From Lama glama (lineage: Eukaryota): DNA of 64,000 nucleotides. Position 1 is the stretch's first letter; every line of letters begins with the position of its first letter. The stretch spans positions 17,672,001-17,736,000 of the forward strand of contig CM052818.1 of the NCBI GenBank assembly GCA_028534125.1, read 5' to 3'. The notes below the pieces were generated by a model. It ran no database searches. It saw only the letters and a list, made by a program, of their open reading frames with translations, and was not told where the DNA came from. Position numbers and translations under genes: made by a program. Of the stretch, positions 23,214 to 36,087 are shown in pieces.

Positions 23214-25480
23214 GGTTCTGCCCACCAAGACCTTCTGTTCTAGTCTAGAAAACGAGGCCTGAACACAGGAAAAGGTAAATAAAAATATGAGGCTGGATAT
23301 AATAAAATATTTAAACTGAATGCTGAGAACAATTGCTTAAATTAACCCTAAGCATTACAAAATGGAAATAAAGCAACAAATCTAAAGCTTTTGTTTTACT
23401 TTCTAGGACTTGACATATGCAAAGAACGTGTTTCTCTGATGAGAATTTTCAAAGCTTTTTTCGGATTGCAAAGAAATAAAGCTGTGGAAAATAAAGCAGT
23501 GCATCATTAGCCAATAAAATTTAGCAGGGTGAATAAAACTTTATTGTTCATTTTTTTCCTAATTAAACTTTATAGATTTCTTAGATGTTAATCAGCACAC
23601 AAAGCATCTGGAATTTTTACTTCCTGAAGCAAGAGCAAACTGCTGTGTAAATTATCCAGTAGATCTTAGCAGAGAAAAAAGTGGACTGGAAATTGTTTCT
23701 TAATTATAAAGATTTCATGGAGAGAGGAAAAAAAAAACAAACTCTGAGCTAAATTAGATGGCATAAAACTAGGAATGAAGTTAGAATTTTTCTTCTCTAA
23801 TTTGTTTCTTGCTTTTATTCAGCTAGCAGACAGTTGATGCTTCAGCTAATGATTGCTTCATCATCCTAGGGAAATATTGAATATACCATTGTTAGTATCT
23901 GTTAATTTGGGAGATTTCCTTCATCATTCATTAATTCTTGGACTGAATGAGGTGGGTAACAGAGAGAGAGAGGGAGAAAAGTAACTGGAGACACCAAATT
24001 ATGAACACTCTTTTGTAAGCATTTCTACGAGTAAATACTGGATAGTTTATAGCCTTTTACCCCACCCTTAGCTCTGTCTTTATCCTTCCTGCAATCTTTG
24101 GAGATAGTAAGCCATCTTTCCTGGGTACATGTGGAAATATGTGAACATTTCTTCTGTAGCATTTCTCTCTCCGCACCTCCCACACCCACATAAAGGTAGT
24201 AATAAAAGGGCAGTAGAATACATGAGTGTCTGTTCTAATTCTAACCAATCCACTGATATTTAATATTTATGTGGTCCACAAGGGGTAAAATTTTCCTGGT
24301 CTGTCCCCAAATGGTCTGTCTATCCTAGTGAAAGCCATTTTCAATGACTGGAGTGTACAAAATAGGAAGCTGAAAAATTAGTCATTCAAGAAGGCTGACA
24401 CTTCCATACAGTCACACGGTTGAAAAGGTCTGTATTTCAGCCCCACTGTATCTCTAGTATCTGACTTTTCCATTGTGCCTTCCACATTATTGCTTTAGTT
24501 TAGCGTCTTATTGTTTCTTGATTAATTTCTATAAAATCTCCTAAGAAATGATTTTATTTACCATCACACTCTGACACTTTGTACCATCTTTTCCAATTCT
24601 ACTTCGGTGATTTTTCTAAAATGAACATCTGATTGTATGTTGCCTCTGCTTACAGATTATTTGTTTCCAGCAACATGCCATATTAGAAATCTTTAAAACC
24701 TCATCTGGTTAATAACAAAAAGTAAAATATTGGATGAAGTACTTATAAAATCTTTTGAATGCATAGATGAGAGGAAAGAAAGTAGTAAAGACATTTCGAA
24801 AACCAAATCAATGAGAAGTCATCATGACTGTAGATATTTCAGAAAACACAGAAGCAGACCTGGGGGTTATCTTCTAATCCCTGGTGGCTTTGATCTTCTG
24901 AGTGTCAGGCAACAGGAGACCCAGTCCAGGGCTTGAGCAAAGTGAGACATCAGACTGGGGAATCCCACATAAAGATATGACGTCCCCTCACTATGGGAAC
25001 AGTGGCGGTGAAAGAAGTAACAAAACAGAACAAAACAGAACAGAACCAAACCCAAACTAAACAGACAGAATTGAAAACAAACAAACAAAACTTGTACCCC
25101 ATAGGGACATGGTAAGAAATGCTTATCTTGACTTTGTCTATGGTTAAAAGAAAATAAAATATCTTTATTGCAAATTAGTTCTAAGAGGGATGGGATGTTA
25201 TTCACATAACCTGTGCTGTCCACAATGTTCCCCCAATTTAATTTATAGCTATCTCAGATGAGTAGTTCCATGGGGCATAGAAGAATCAATGCCAATCCTT
25301 TTTATAACAGCACACATTAAAAACTCAGCTGTCAAAGAAATTCCAGAGGTAAAATTTTAGAAAGAAACAATTATTAAAAAGAAAAACAGGAGGAAACTAT
25401 CTACAATAAATGAAAATCAGAGAAAAAGCAGTTAAATTCAGACAAAGACTTCAGAGTCTTGAATTAAAAATAATAAAACA

Positions 25481-26452
25481 TTAAAGTCTATAATCCATTT
25501 TGATTTGAGATTTTGTGTATGGTGTAAGATATCGGTCCAGTTTCATTCTTTTGCATGTCCAGTTTGCCTAACACCATTAACTGAGGAGACTGTCCTCTTC
25601 TCATGGTATATCTTAGCTCCTTTCCTGTAAGTTAATTGACCATATATGCATGGATTTATTTCTGAGCTCCGTCTTCTGTTCCATTGATCTATGTATCTGT
25701 TTTTGTGCTGGTACCATTATGTTTTGAATACTATAGCTTTGTAATATATTTTAAAATTAGGAAGTGTGATGCCTCCAGCTTTGGTTTTTCTTCTCAAGAT
25801 TGTTTTCACTATTTGGGGTCCTCATGGTTCCATACAAATTTGGGGATTATTGGTTCTAGCTTTGTGAAAAATGCCATTGGAATTTGATACAGATTGTATT
25901 GAATCTGTAGTTTGCTTTGGGTAGGATGGAGATTTTAACAATATTCATTTTTCCAATCCATGAGCACAAAAGACCTTTCCATTTATTTCTGTCTTCTTCA
26001 GTTTCCTTCATCAGTATCTTATAGTTTTCAGAGTTCATATCTCTCATGTCTTTGGTTAAATTTTTTCCTAAATATTTTACTTTTAATGCAACTTCAATGG
26101 GATTGTTTTCTTAATTTCTCTTTCTAATAATTTGTTATAAGTCTATAGAAACACACTGATTTTTGCATATTGACATTGTATCCTGCAACTTTACTGAATT
26201 TGTTCTAACAATTTTTTGCTGGGAGTCTTTAGGATTTTCCATATATAATATGTCCAAAAAAACAAAAAAAGACAGTTCTACTCCTTCCTTACCAATTTGG
26301 ATACCTTTTATTTCTGCTTATTGCCTCATTGCTCTGGCTAGGATTTCCAAGACTGTGATGAGTAAAAGTGATGAGAGTGGATGTTCTTGTCTTGTTGGTG
26401 ATCTTACAGACAAAGCTCTCAGCTTTTCCCCATTGAGTATGATGTTAGCTAA
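25481..26452 (-). mobile_element. L1 ORF2 (reverse transcriptase region) fragment
   Basis: Minus-strand peptides ANIILNGEKLRALSVRSPTRQEHPLSSLL...VLEILARAMRQ and NYKILMKETEEDRNKWKGLLCSWIGKMNIVKISILPKANYRFN are decayed L1 ORF2. Confidence 0.92.
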
Positions 26453-26469
26453 TGTTATATAAACATATA

Positions 26470-26757
26470 CAGTTGTCCCTACGTAACCATGGATGCTCAA
26501 GTCCTTTATATAAGATGGTGTATTATTTGCATATAAACCATGTGCATCCTCCTGAATACTTAAATTATCTTTAGATAATTTACAGAACCTAATATAACGT
26601 AAATGCTATGTAAGTAGTTGCAGGCATATGGCAAATTCAAGTTTTACTTTTTGGAACTTTCTGGAATTTTTTTCCAAATATGTTTGATCCAAGGTTCATT
26701 GAATACCTAGATGTGGAGTCCAGGGATACAGAACTCACAGAAACAAAGGGCCGACTG
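26470..26757. mobile_element. MER2-like Tigger/TcMar non-autonomous DNA transposon
   Basis: TIRs cagttgtccct / agggccgactg flanked by TA on both sides (26468-26469, 26758-26759); internal ggatgctcaagtc...tataa motif. Confidence 0.85.
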
Positions 26758-27049
26758 TAGGTTTCTTCTGTATCGGTATGCAATACTGCATATGTAGTTT
26801 AGGAAACTGAGTAAGGGTTTGAGGTTAATGTGTGATGACTTATATATTTTCACATATAAAATGGTGGAAAATAGGCTCCTGTTAAACCTTCTGCCCAGAA
26901 CATCTAATTTTCAGCAAAGGATTTCTGACCTCACATTGAGATGTACTGCAGTATGTATGACCTATTTTGTAATATAGTTTTTATTGTCATTTCAGCCTTC
27001 TCACAACTCTGAAGCTGGCTTCATAAGCCTCTGTGTTCTGCTAGGTGTC

Positions 27050-27410
27050 CATCGCTCTAGCTCATCACTCTCTCCTCCTGCCTCGGCTCCAGCGATCTTA
27101 CCAAGCTCTTTCATGCCTCCGTGCATTTGTGCATGACAACCTCTCTATCTGGAATACTTTCCTCCTCCATAACTCAGCTCAAACGTCCTTCCTGCATGGA
27201 AGCTGCTCTCTGGCTTCCCCAGCTTTTATGCTCCCATAATATTCTTTGAGTCATATATCATAGAATACAATAGGGTATTCAAACTGGCTGTTTATTTCTC
27301 TATCTTCTGTCCTGGTCTGTAGGATTCTTTATTGAAAGGATTGTCTCTCATGAGGTGGTAACAATGAGTAGGTTTTAAATAAACATTTACCAGTAGGTGA
27401 ATTAATTAAT
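27050..27410 (+). mobile_element. L2 3' region relic
   Basis: ctttcatgcctccgtgcatttgtgcatg...ctatctggaatac ... gtaggttttaaataaacattt. Confidence 0.55.
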
Positions 27411-27997
27411 CTATAAAGGTAAAAAAGATACAGATTGCTATGGGTTAAGGTGTTAAGGAAAGATTTCAAGGAGAAAATGGACCTGAAAGATATAAATGTT
27501 AAGTGAAGAGAGGAGCATAAGTAAAGCCTTAAGAACAGGACAAAAATGCTGACAGATTTGGGGAAAACAAAGTGGGAATTTCAAGTAGGGGAATACAAAG
27601 TTTAAAAGTTGTGACATAAAAGGGATTGAGAATTTAAAAAAATCCGTCTTTGCTCTTTAGATTATGAGACCCAAAGCTGCATAAATCTTTAATATCTAAC
27701 TCCTGTTCTTATGCTTGTATGTTCTGATGTCTTTACACAAAAGTTGGGAGAGACGCACGAGATTCTTGCTGATGCTCTGGGTACATGTCAGATACCAAGG
27801 AGCTGCTGAGAATTAAACTGCCTCCCTCCCTGCTTTTCTCCCACCTAGGGGGAGCCAACTCCTAATGCACAGGCTGAAGGTGAACTCTGTCTTCCACTGC
27901 TATCATGGATTCATTAAACAAAAATAAATCCTTGCCCTGTTGTACTTTTGGGCTACTTTCCTGAAGAAGGCTCATTGACTCAAAAAAATCACTTGGA

Positions 27998-28198
27998 GTA
28001 GAGCTTCCTAAATGAACTTTCTGTGATGATGGAGACATTTTATCTGTGCCATCCGGTAGAGCCGTCAATGTCCACATGGGGCTACCAAGCATTTGAAATA
28101 TGTCTAGTGCTTTGGGGGAATTGCATTTTTTATCCTATTTAAGTATAATTTATTTCTCTTTCAGTAGCCATTTGTAGCTATATTGCAGCACAGCTCTG
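27998..28198. mobile_element. MER3-like hAT relic
   Basis: gaactttctgtgatgatggagacatttt...ccacatggggcta..agcatttgaaatatgtctagtg. Confidence 0.7.
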
Positions 28199-30029
28199 AA
28201 ATATTTGTGAGAAACCTGAAGTTGCAACCATCACTCCTACCTCCCCAAATGGTCCTCCTCCCTTTCTCATACTTCCTCCAGGACAGCTGGTTAGGCAAAT
28301 AGATGCAAAAGCTGTGGTGCTTAACTCCTAATTTGCTAGAGAATCTCCAGTGGCAGTCTTTAATAGGAATTAAGAGCAAGCAAGGCTGTGAAGATAGACT
28401 CACGCCTGACTGTTACACATGGATGGCCAACAAAATCTCAGTATAATCAGTCTATCAAGAAAAGTTATAATTAGAATCTTACTTACTTAATTCTCATAGA
28501 ATGTTGGGTCCCTTTTACCATCTTAACACAATCAGTGCTAAAAGGCAATGGGAAATCGGCTTTGGCATGCCCATCATTCTTTTTGTACCATGAGATTCTC
28601 AGTTGAAGTCAAAGTAGCATTCTGGGTTAGTGTTAAGGATGTTTCTTGTGGTCAGACTGTCCTGCATAACAGATGAGCCTACACGCACAGACACACTTCC
28701 TGTCAGCTGCCACTGCGAGAGCATTGCTAACTACCCCTGGTAGTTCCTTCCAGCCCTCCGGAGGTCTGCTTAGACAGGTTGTTAAGTTGACTCAGAAGGA
28801 CTTTAACCTAATTTAAGAGGGAGTCTCTCCAAGCATTGGGTGCACAGTTTTATCTTTTGGAAATGGGGTTCTAATGCAAAGAGCTAGGGTTTGGTCTATA
28901 AATTTACATTTTGATAAGCACTCTGATGAATCTGATGCAGGGGTCCCACTGCCATGTCTGAGAAAAGTGAAATTGGACCCTAACACTCATGTCAGGACCA
29001 GAACACAGACCACAGGCACATGGCGTGGTAATGTGTGTTAATGAGACAGGGAGGCTCTGAGAGATCATTTCAAACAGTTCCTCCAAAGAACATACATCTA
29101 CAGAGATGTCCTGTGCATATTTCAGAGTGAGGGGAGGGGCACAGTAATACACAGTCTAGGAGAAGAAGGCATTCAGAGAGAGAAAATGTTCAGGCATGGA
29201 ATAGTGCATAGAATTTCAGCAAGCTCGGCAAATGAACCGTGGCTGATGAGACACAAGCCCCTTTCCCTCAGCAAGGTGCCCTGATCACCTAGTGGTTAAC
29301 AAATGGTAATCTCCATGTTCTGTTTCTCTTTCCTTCTTAACAAGGTGGAGGGAAAGCCAGCAGCGACCTGGATCCGAATCGCTTGCTGTCCTGTGGTTGG
29401 AAGCACGTGCCTTGCTTGGCCAGATCTGTGCTCCGAGGTGAGGTAAGTGGCTCAGGAGAAGGTGACTCCAGGCTGTCTGTGTTCTTTTTCACCACGGTGC
29501 ATCCTTCTCCGCTGTGGACTTCTTGGTGGCACACTTTGGGGACCATCACTGGGGATGTGTCCAAGTGAAAAACCGTTTGAAAGTAGCTTGCCTTCCAGTA
29601 GTGCAGCCAGTAACGCCAGTGACTCTCACAAAGACTGCTTCACACTTTCGAGTGTAAAAATGAAAAGCCATTCCACCCTGCTCTTCCCTCGGGGAAAGGC
29701 TTGCTGTGACTCTGTTCATCTTGTGCTGAAATGGTCCACGGTGGCTTCCTAAATAGGAGAATGATTATATTTCCAAAAATACTAGAAGAATGCTTTTATT
29801 TTATTTGAAAAGGCCAAGTCTGACAGATACACTAAAAATATCACTTATTAAACTCCTAGAACTCCACATCATGTTTCAGGAAATGAAATCCCATTTCTCC
29901 AGCGCCCACTTCTCCCTCCCCCTCCTTGCCTCTCTCCTCCTTTGCCCTGGTTAGAAAATGATCGTCAAAATGCAAGGAAGGGTGCTTGTATTTAGACTCA
30001 GACACTTAAAAAAAAAACTGTGAAATAGC

Positions 30030-30160
30030 TCATAATGTCCCCACTTTATAGAGCAGCAAACCAAGGTTGAGAGCCCTTAATTAATTTGCTCACAATAAAG
30101 CAGACAGTGCATCGCCGAACGCATTCAAACCCAGATATGTGAGGCTTCAAATTACTCATT
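30030..30160 (-). mobile_element. MIR SINE relic
   Basis: ccccactttatagagcagcaaaccaaggtt ... attcaaacccagatatgt. Confidence 0.6.
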
Positions 30161-30729
30161 CAGTTATGCCTTGAGCTGTGTGATTTTATTTCACAATTGA
30201 ACTCATACCTATTTTTTTTCTAATATCACTGCCCAGAAATGAAATTTTCTCTTTCGCGTGCTTGCCTAGCTAGACTTTCACAATAGCCCTTTCTCTAGTC
30301 GTCCTGCAGCGAATGTCCTTCCGCTAGAATTTAATCTGCCAGGCGCTGCCTCCTCTTCCTTCTTAGGACACTGACTGCCCCTCCCCATGCGGGGGCGCTG
30401 TCCTGCTCCTCGTCCCCGCCAGCCACGGCGGAGTGTCCATTTCTATGTAATCTTACCAACATAGCATGTTGGAATTTTGACAATACAAGAGGTGAGAAAT
30501 GAGGAAACTGTACATCAGAAGCTTTATGGTCTATCATTTGTTTCATACTTAACCACATGTAAGGCTCTGTTTTAGGAGATATGTAGCATACTTTGATTAT
30601 CATGGAAGTGGTTATTGAATTAAAGGAGCTAGCAATTGGTCCTGAAAAAAAAGAATGGCAGTATAAGGTACGAACTATGAAATGGCATTTCTAAAATCTT
30701 ACTCTTTACACACAGACATCCAGACAATA

Positions 30730-30798
30730 AAAATCTAAAAGACTAAAAAAACAAAATCTAAAAGACTAAAAAAACAGAATCTAAAAGACTAAAAAAAC
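30730..30798. repeat. 23-bp tandem repeat, 3 copies
   Basis: aaaatctaaaagactaaaaaaac x2 plus agaatctaaaagactaaaaaaac. Confidence 0.95.
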
Positions 30799-31639
30799 CA
30801 GCTGTAACAGATTAACAGCAAATTCAAGCAGTATGCACCTTAAGCGAGAGTCACATACTTATATCTGTGGTACTTTATTTTTTTCTTCTTGTGTTATTAC
30901 ATGAACTACTTATTTTGGTCCTGAGACACCAGCACAAGAGCACAGCTAACAAGTTTTCCTCCGCAGCTTTGACAAGGCACATTCAAGTAGACATTGCAGG
31001 AGACTCAGTGAGAATACCGTGTATTGGCGTTATTACGCTCAGAAAGAGTTGTCTCTAGCTGCTGTGAAATCTGCAGATTGATTTTCATGCTGGATAATCC
31101 TTTAGAGAGTAAGATAAAAATGCGCAAAGTAGTTAGGGGAAGGCGCTGTTTGTGAGAACATACCGCCAGCCTGACCCGACGGCCAGACACACTGAGCACA
31201 GATCTTTCCCCGATTTGTTTTTGCCCTCTTGCTTGGTTGTAACCTGCTCAGTCTAGTTGGAAATTCTCTCATGCACCATTAAAAATAATCTAAAAAATTT
31301 TTCAACAAACCAGAAGTTCTTTTCTCATTGTGCTGGATAAACAGCAAAAGAGAGAGTTTGATGATAATGGTGTATTGTATCAAATACACATTTTTAACTT
31401 CAGAAATTTTTTACAATTATTGATAAAAGACAACTGTCGTCTCTACTTTTCCTCGTAGAGTATCTCTATAATCCAACAGGCGGTTTATAAGCTTTAAGTG
31501 TAGTCAAGCCTGCCCTGTAATCTCTTACGGTTCTCTCCTAGATCCCCTTCTTTTCTCACTTTACTCCTGTTCTTACGAAACAATTTCATTCGTTTTCATG
31601 GTTTTAAGGAGCATACGCATGCCAGAGACTTTTAAGTAT

Positions 31640-32400
31640 ATCCAATCTAAACCCCTCAACTGTGTGTATCCAGCTGCCCATGCAGTCAGTATCTTCGTTT
31701 GAACATCCTTCTGACACCTCATCACAGTATGTACAAAACTGACACGTCATCTTTCCTAACCTGCCCCCTTCCTCCATATCCACAAGCAAAATCCTGCTCC
31801 ACTGTCTGTGATCTCTCTGTCAGTGAAGGCGAACACCATCCACTGAGTTTCTCAATCAGAAAATGGAACTGCCTCCTCTCTCTTTCCTTCATTTCTCTTA
31901 TCCATTCAGCCACCAAGCCCTCTCGATTCCTTCTCCTGAGTAAATTCGTGGAGCAGTCCACTTTTCTGTATCCCAGTGCAACTTCGCTCCCCCAGGGCAT
32001 TCTCAGCTCCCCGCTGAATTGCTTAAGCTGTCTCATCACAGATCTCACCTGCCCCCTCTAATCCAGTCCCCAGACTGCAGCAAGAGTGGTCTTTAAAAAA
32101 GGCAGATGTGTTCATAACATGCCACTCGCTACCAGTGTGAAGTCTTTCCCTGCCTCACCGCTCATCCTAGAAAAAGACAAAACTTCCCCCCATGTTATAA
32201 ACTGCCTCATATTCCAACATCTGCTTCATCCCTCACTATTTGCCTCTCATTCTCTCCACTCCTGACAGGCTCAGCCTCCAAAGTAGCACTCCTGTTTTTT
32301 TTAACCTCTAGGCTGCCCCAAGCACGTGGAACATTCCTCATTTTCATCACATTTCAGTTCTTGGATGTCAGATCTCTCAGGTGTAAGTTGAGGCTGAGAC
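31640..32400 (+). mobile_element. L2 LINE relic
   Basis: atccagctgcc...cacctcatcacagtatgtacaaaactga ... gcagcaagagtggtctttaaaaaaggcagat. Confidence 0.65.
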
Positions 32401-33051
32401 GCAGATGCACCGGGAATGTTAGGCATCAGCGCATGTCCGCGTCTTGTACTTCCCAGACCCGCTTACCCATGGTCTCGTGTGCGCCTTCACTAAACGGTCA
32501 GCTGCCCTGCGCAAGCCTGACTCTCCGGGATGGTACATCAGATAGCGTCGAGACCTGGTGACTCAGGCTAGACGACCCACGGGTGTGTAATGGTCAGTCT
32601 TTACATGATCTAGTGTTATGACAGGGACTGTTGATCAAAATACATGTTATTTGCTTGGCTCCCAAACTCTTAAAAGCCTGCACCATGTCTGTCCTATCTG
32701 AGTTCTCTGTACATTTCATACAGCGTCTTGATATTCCACAGGTCCTTCCAGTCTGAAAGGCCACCTGGCTGAGCTTCTGATACTAGAGCCTGGACAGTTT
32801 TGTGAGCCATTTCCTTCTCTGAATCCCACTCTAAGATGGCAATCTTAAGTTATCTGGGAAATTATTCAGAATGGCAACTCCCAAATGAGATATTTGTTGC
32901 CTCCGGTGTCTTCAGTTCTACGAAGCAAATAAGATTAGTGTGATTACAGGGAATAAAAGGGATATTGCAGGTTAGATAGTGTGGGCAGGGGAGGTCTCTC
33001 TAAGGAGTTTACTTTAAGCTGAGAGAGGAGAATGGAAAGGGAGTGGCCAAG

Positions 33052-33595
33052 TGTTGGGGCCCAGGGCAGGCCACCCCAAAATATGCCTTCATGGCATATT
33101 GATTATTTTGAATTAAAGTTACTTAAGAGACGGCTGATGCAAGAAGGACTCTCTGACCCTCTTCTCTGTCTCCCTGAGAGCAGGAAATAAACCTCCCACG
33201 TGAAAGGTGCCCTCCCTGTACTGGGAGGTAGAAAGACATCCTTATCACCAGAGGCAGGGAACTTTGGGTCAGCAAGTCTATATAAACAAACCTTGTTACT
33301 TCTGTACTAATTTACTCCCCAAACTCAAACTTTACTTAAATTCCTAACTGATTGACGATTCAAACCCAAGTTTCTTTATCTTTCAATCCCTCTTACGTTT
33401 ATTGTTTCTTTGGCTAAAATATAGAAAAGCTGCCTGCTCTGGCCACTTCTTAGGTACCATTTCTATGCAACCTCTATGCACACAAATTAAAATTCGTTTC
33501 CTTTTCTCCTGTGCACCTGTCTTGTGTCAGTTTTATTAATAATCCAGCCACAAGAACTCGAGAGGGATAAAGGGGAAATTTCCCCCTCCCCAACA
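33052..33595 (+). mobile_element. Solo ERV1 LTR (MER34-like) inserted in an L2 relic
   Basis: Perfect 8-bp terminal inverted repeats tgttgggg/ccccaaca; 4-bp TSD caag (33048-33051 / 33596-33599); ccccaaaatatgcc...ggcatattgattattttga motif; ATTAAA near the 3' end. Confidence 0.88.
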
Positions 33596-35927
33596 CAAGT
33601 GAACAGCAGAAGTGCATCCACGAAGGGAGAACAGATGTGGGAAAGAGGCTGGTGTGATTGGAGCATGGAGACAAGGGGCAGGTGGCAGCCAGTGAGTTTG
33701 GAGATGAAGCCAGGGATCTGATTATTTAAGACATTATAGCCATAGATACGGATTTGAATTACATTCTTAGGTTCTAGAGACCATTGGAGTCACTTCCAAG
33801 GTCAGAAAAATGTAGGAAAGCAAAGAAACTTAGTAACACTAGAGTTTCAGACTGGAAAGCCTGGACTGAATTAGGAAACACTGTTTTTACGTTCCGTCAG
33901 AAATTCTATGGAGTCCTTGACAAAGTAGATGGAAGTTCCATTGTACATCAATGAAAGGAAGTTTGAAACACCTGAAGGGTGGACTGACGAGTTCTAGAGT
34001 CCACAGAATGCAGAAAGCTAACAGCTGACTTCTCCAGTTCATGGTCAGTCATTTTTTCTGATAAATTAAAATTTTTTGTGCACGAAAATGCTTTCAGAAT
34101 TATCCAGCTAACCTCTTCATGATGTAGGGGCAAAAACCGAGGCCCAGGGGGTGTGGAAATCACTCAAATTTCACACAGAGAGTGGCAGAGACCTAGAACC
34201 TCCTACACCAGGGTGGTGGGAGTCACAAGTATGAGGAGAGAGGATGATGAACCACGAAACACTCACAGGGTATCGAGTGTATTGAGTGCAGCTAAATTGT
34301 AGAAAATTAAGTTTTGAAAGGAAAGTGACTCAGTTGTCTTGAAAGGGTAAGAATATTTTGTTATTCTTGTTCCCTCTCCTGGAAAGGAAAGGAAAGGAAA
34401 CATTTGGTATTTAGTGGGGGGGGGGTTGGTTGGTTTTTGAGGCAGAGGAAATTAACCTTCTCTACATCTGAGTTGTGTTGTAAATGATATATTGAATCAC
34501 AGTCATAAACAAAGTGCTGTGAGAGGACAGGGGAATTGGGAGTTAATTTTATCTGGGAATGAAAGGAAATAATGAACCTGAGCCTTGGTGGAGGAGAAAG
34601 CTTTCCAGAAGGTAGAGACGGAGGTACTGCAGAACTTGAATTTATAGTCTCAGTAAAAGGAACAGACCCTGTCATCTGACTACCCCCCACCCCTACCCAA
34701 AGTAAAGTAGTTCTCAGACTGAATTAAGTGGGTTAGGGAATTACTTAGAGGACCAAAGTTTTCCTCTTCTGGAACAAAAGAGACCAAAGTAATATTTGCT
34801 CCAAATCAGCAAGAACATTAAACAGCCCATGGAGAGGAAGTTTAAGTAGTGACAAGTCAACGGGGACCATGTGAAATGTGGAATGTTGAGAACGAATGGA
34901 CTCAAATATGGCATAAAAACAACAAGAAATTAGGTCCCTTAGAAAGACCAGAGGCATCAGAAAGGGAAAGAGTAATTTTGCATGGCCCTGTTTATTTCCC
35001 CAGGGGCTAATATGTGCCTCTATATTTGAGGATGCTTTCATTAGATTCGGTACACCCTGGGACTTTCCAGGCAAAAACAAGTTAATATCATATAGGTTAA
35101 ATGAAGCTGTGTAGGGGAGAGGATATGTATCAAATCTACCCCTTTTCTTATTTCCCAAGTTTGTCAACATAAAAGAGTTATATGACATATTAGCACTAGG
35201 GTCAAACCACCCTTGTCTCTTTATAAAGTGTTAGAGCATTTACCCACCATATAGGGGGTTCCCTGGGTTGCCTGTCAAGTGGAAGTTCAAGAATTCCCTT
35301 AGGAAGGGTTAATAAAGCCAAGTCCAAGATAGGGGAGTTTCTGGCTGAAATGTAATTCATTATAGGTGCCTTCTGGTTAAACAAGCTGCTGTTTAATCCT
35401 TACCCTAATAACCCAAATTCCATCCACTTTTAAGCTAACATGTTTTCCTTAATGGCTACCCTATTAGAACTCACATATTTGGGAAGTTCCACCACTCTTT
35501 TTAAATTTTATTTTTAGAAAAAAGTAAGTGCTTGAAAACATAACTCCATATGATTATTTTAAGTTTTTACCAGAAAACTACGAATGCTAAGTAATGTAAA
35601 GAATGGAGGCATGTTTTAAGAAGCACAGTCTTAGAACAATAAGGATTTTAAAATACATGCCAATTTTCAAAATATCTCACATTCATTATGTCACTAATTA
35701 TATGTGATAAGTAAGACTTTTCTTAGAGTAGGGGAATTAGAGGATTTTTCAAATTTGGTTTGTTACTTGGAAAAGTTGAGTCCCTGACTCTTCAGTTCAA
35801 TGGAGTCAACAGACCCATGATCTAGTCTTGAGTCCAGCACATGAGTATCTCACTTAGCTTCTTCTGATTTTCAGATTCTTCATTTGTCAAGTTGTTTCAA
35901 TAATTTCTAAAGCTCCAAAGGATTGGG

Positions 35928-36087
35928 TTTTTTTTTGTTGTTGTTGTTTTCTTAGTTGAAGTATAGTTAGTTACAGTGTGTCAATTTCTGGTGTACAGCA
36001 CAATGTCTCAGTCATGCATATACATACATATATTCCTTTTCAGATTCTTTTTCATTAAAGGTTATTATAAGGTATTGAATATAGTTA
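35928..36087 (-). mobile_element. Short L1 3'-end insertion
   Basis: Decayed poly(T), then ttgaagtatagttagttacagtgtgtcaatttctggtgtacagcacaatg; homologous to the copy at ~10127. Confidence 0.85.

Noticed and set aside
27841..27856. CTCF-like motif ccacctagggggagcc
   Set aside because: Spacing does not fit the core consensus without a mismatch at a key position; it cannot be supported from sequence alone.
30730..30798. Direct repeats considered as CRISPR-like
   Set aside because: No spacers and a eukaryotic context; it is a simple tandem repeat.
34745..35188. 147-aa minus-strand ORF
   Set aside because: No recognisable domain or splice context; the length is within chance expectation for a 64-kb six-frame scan.
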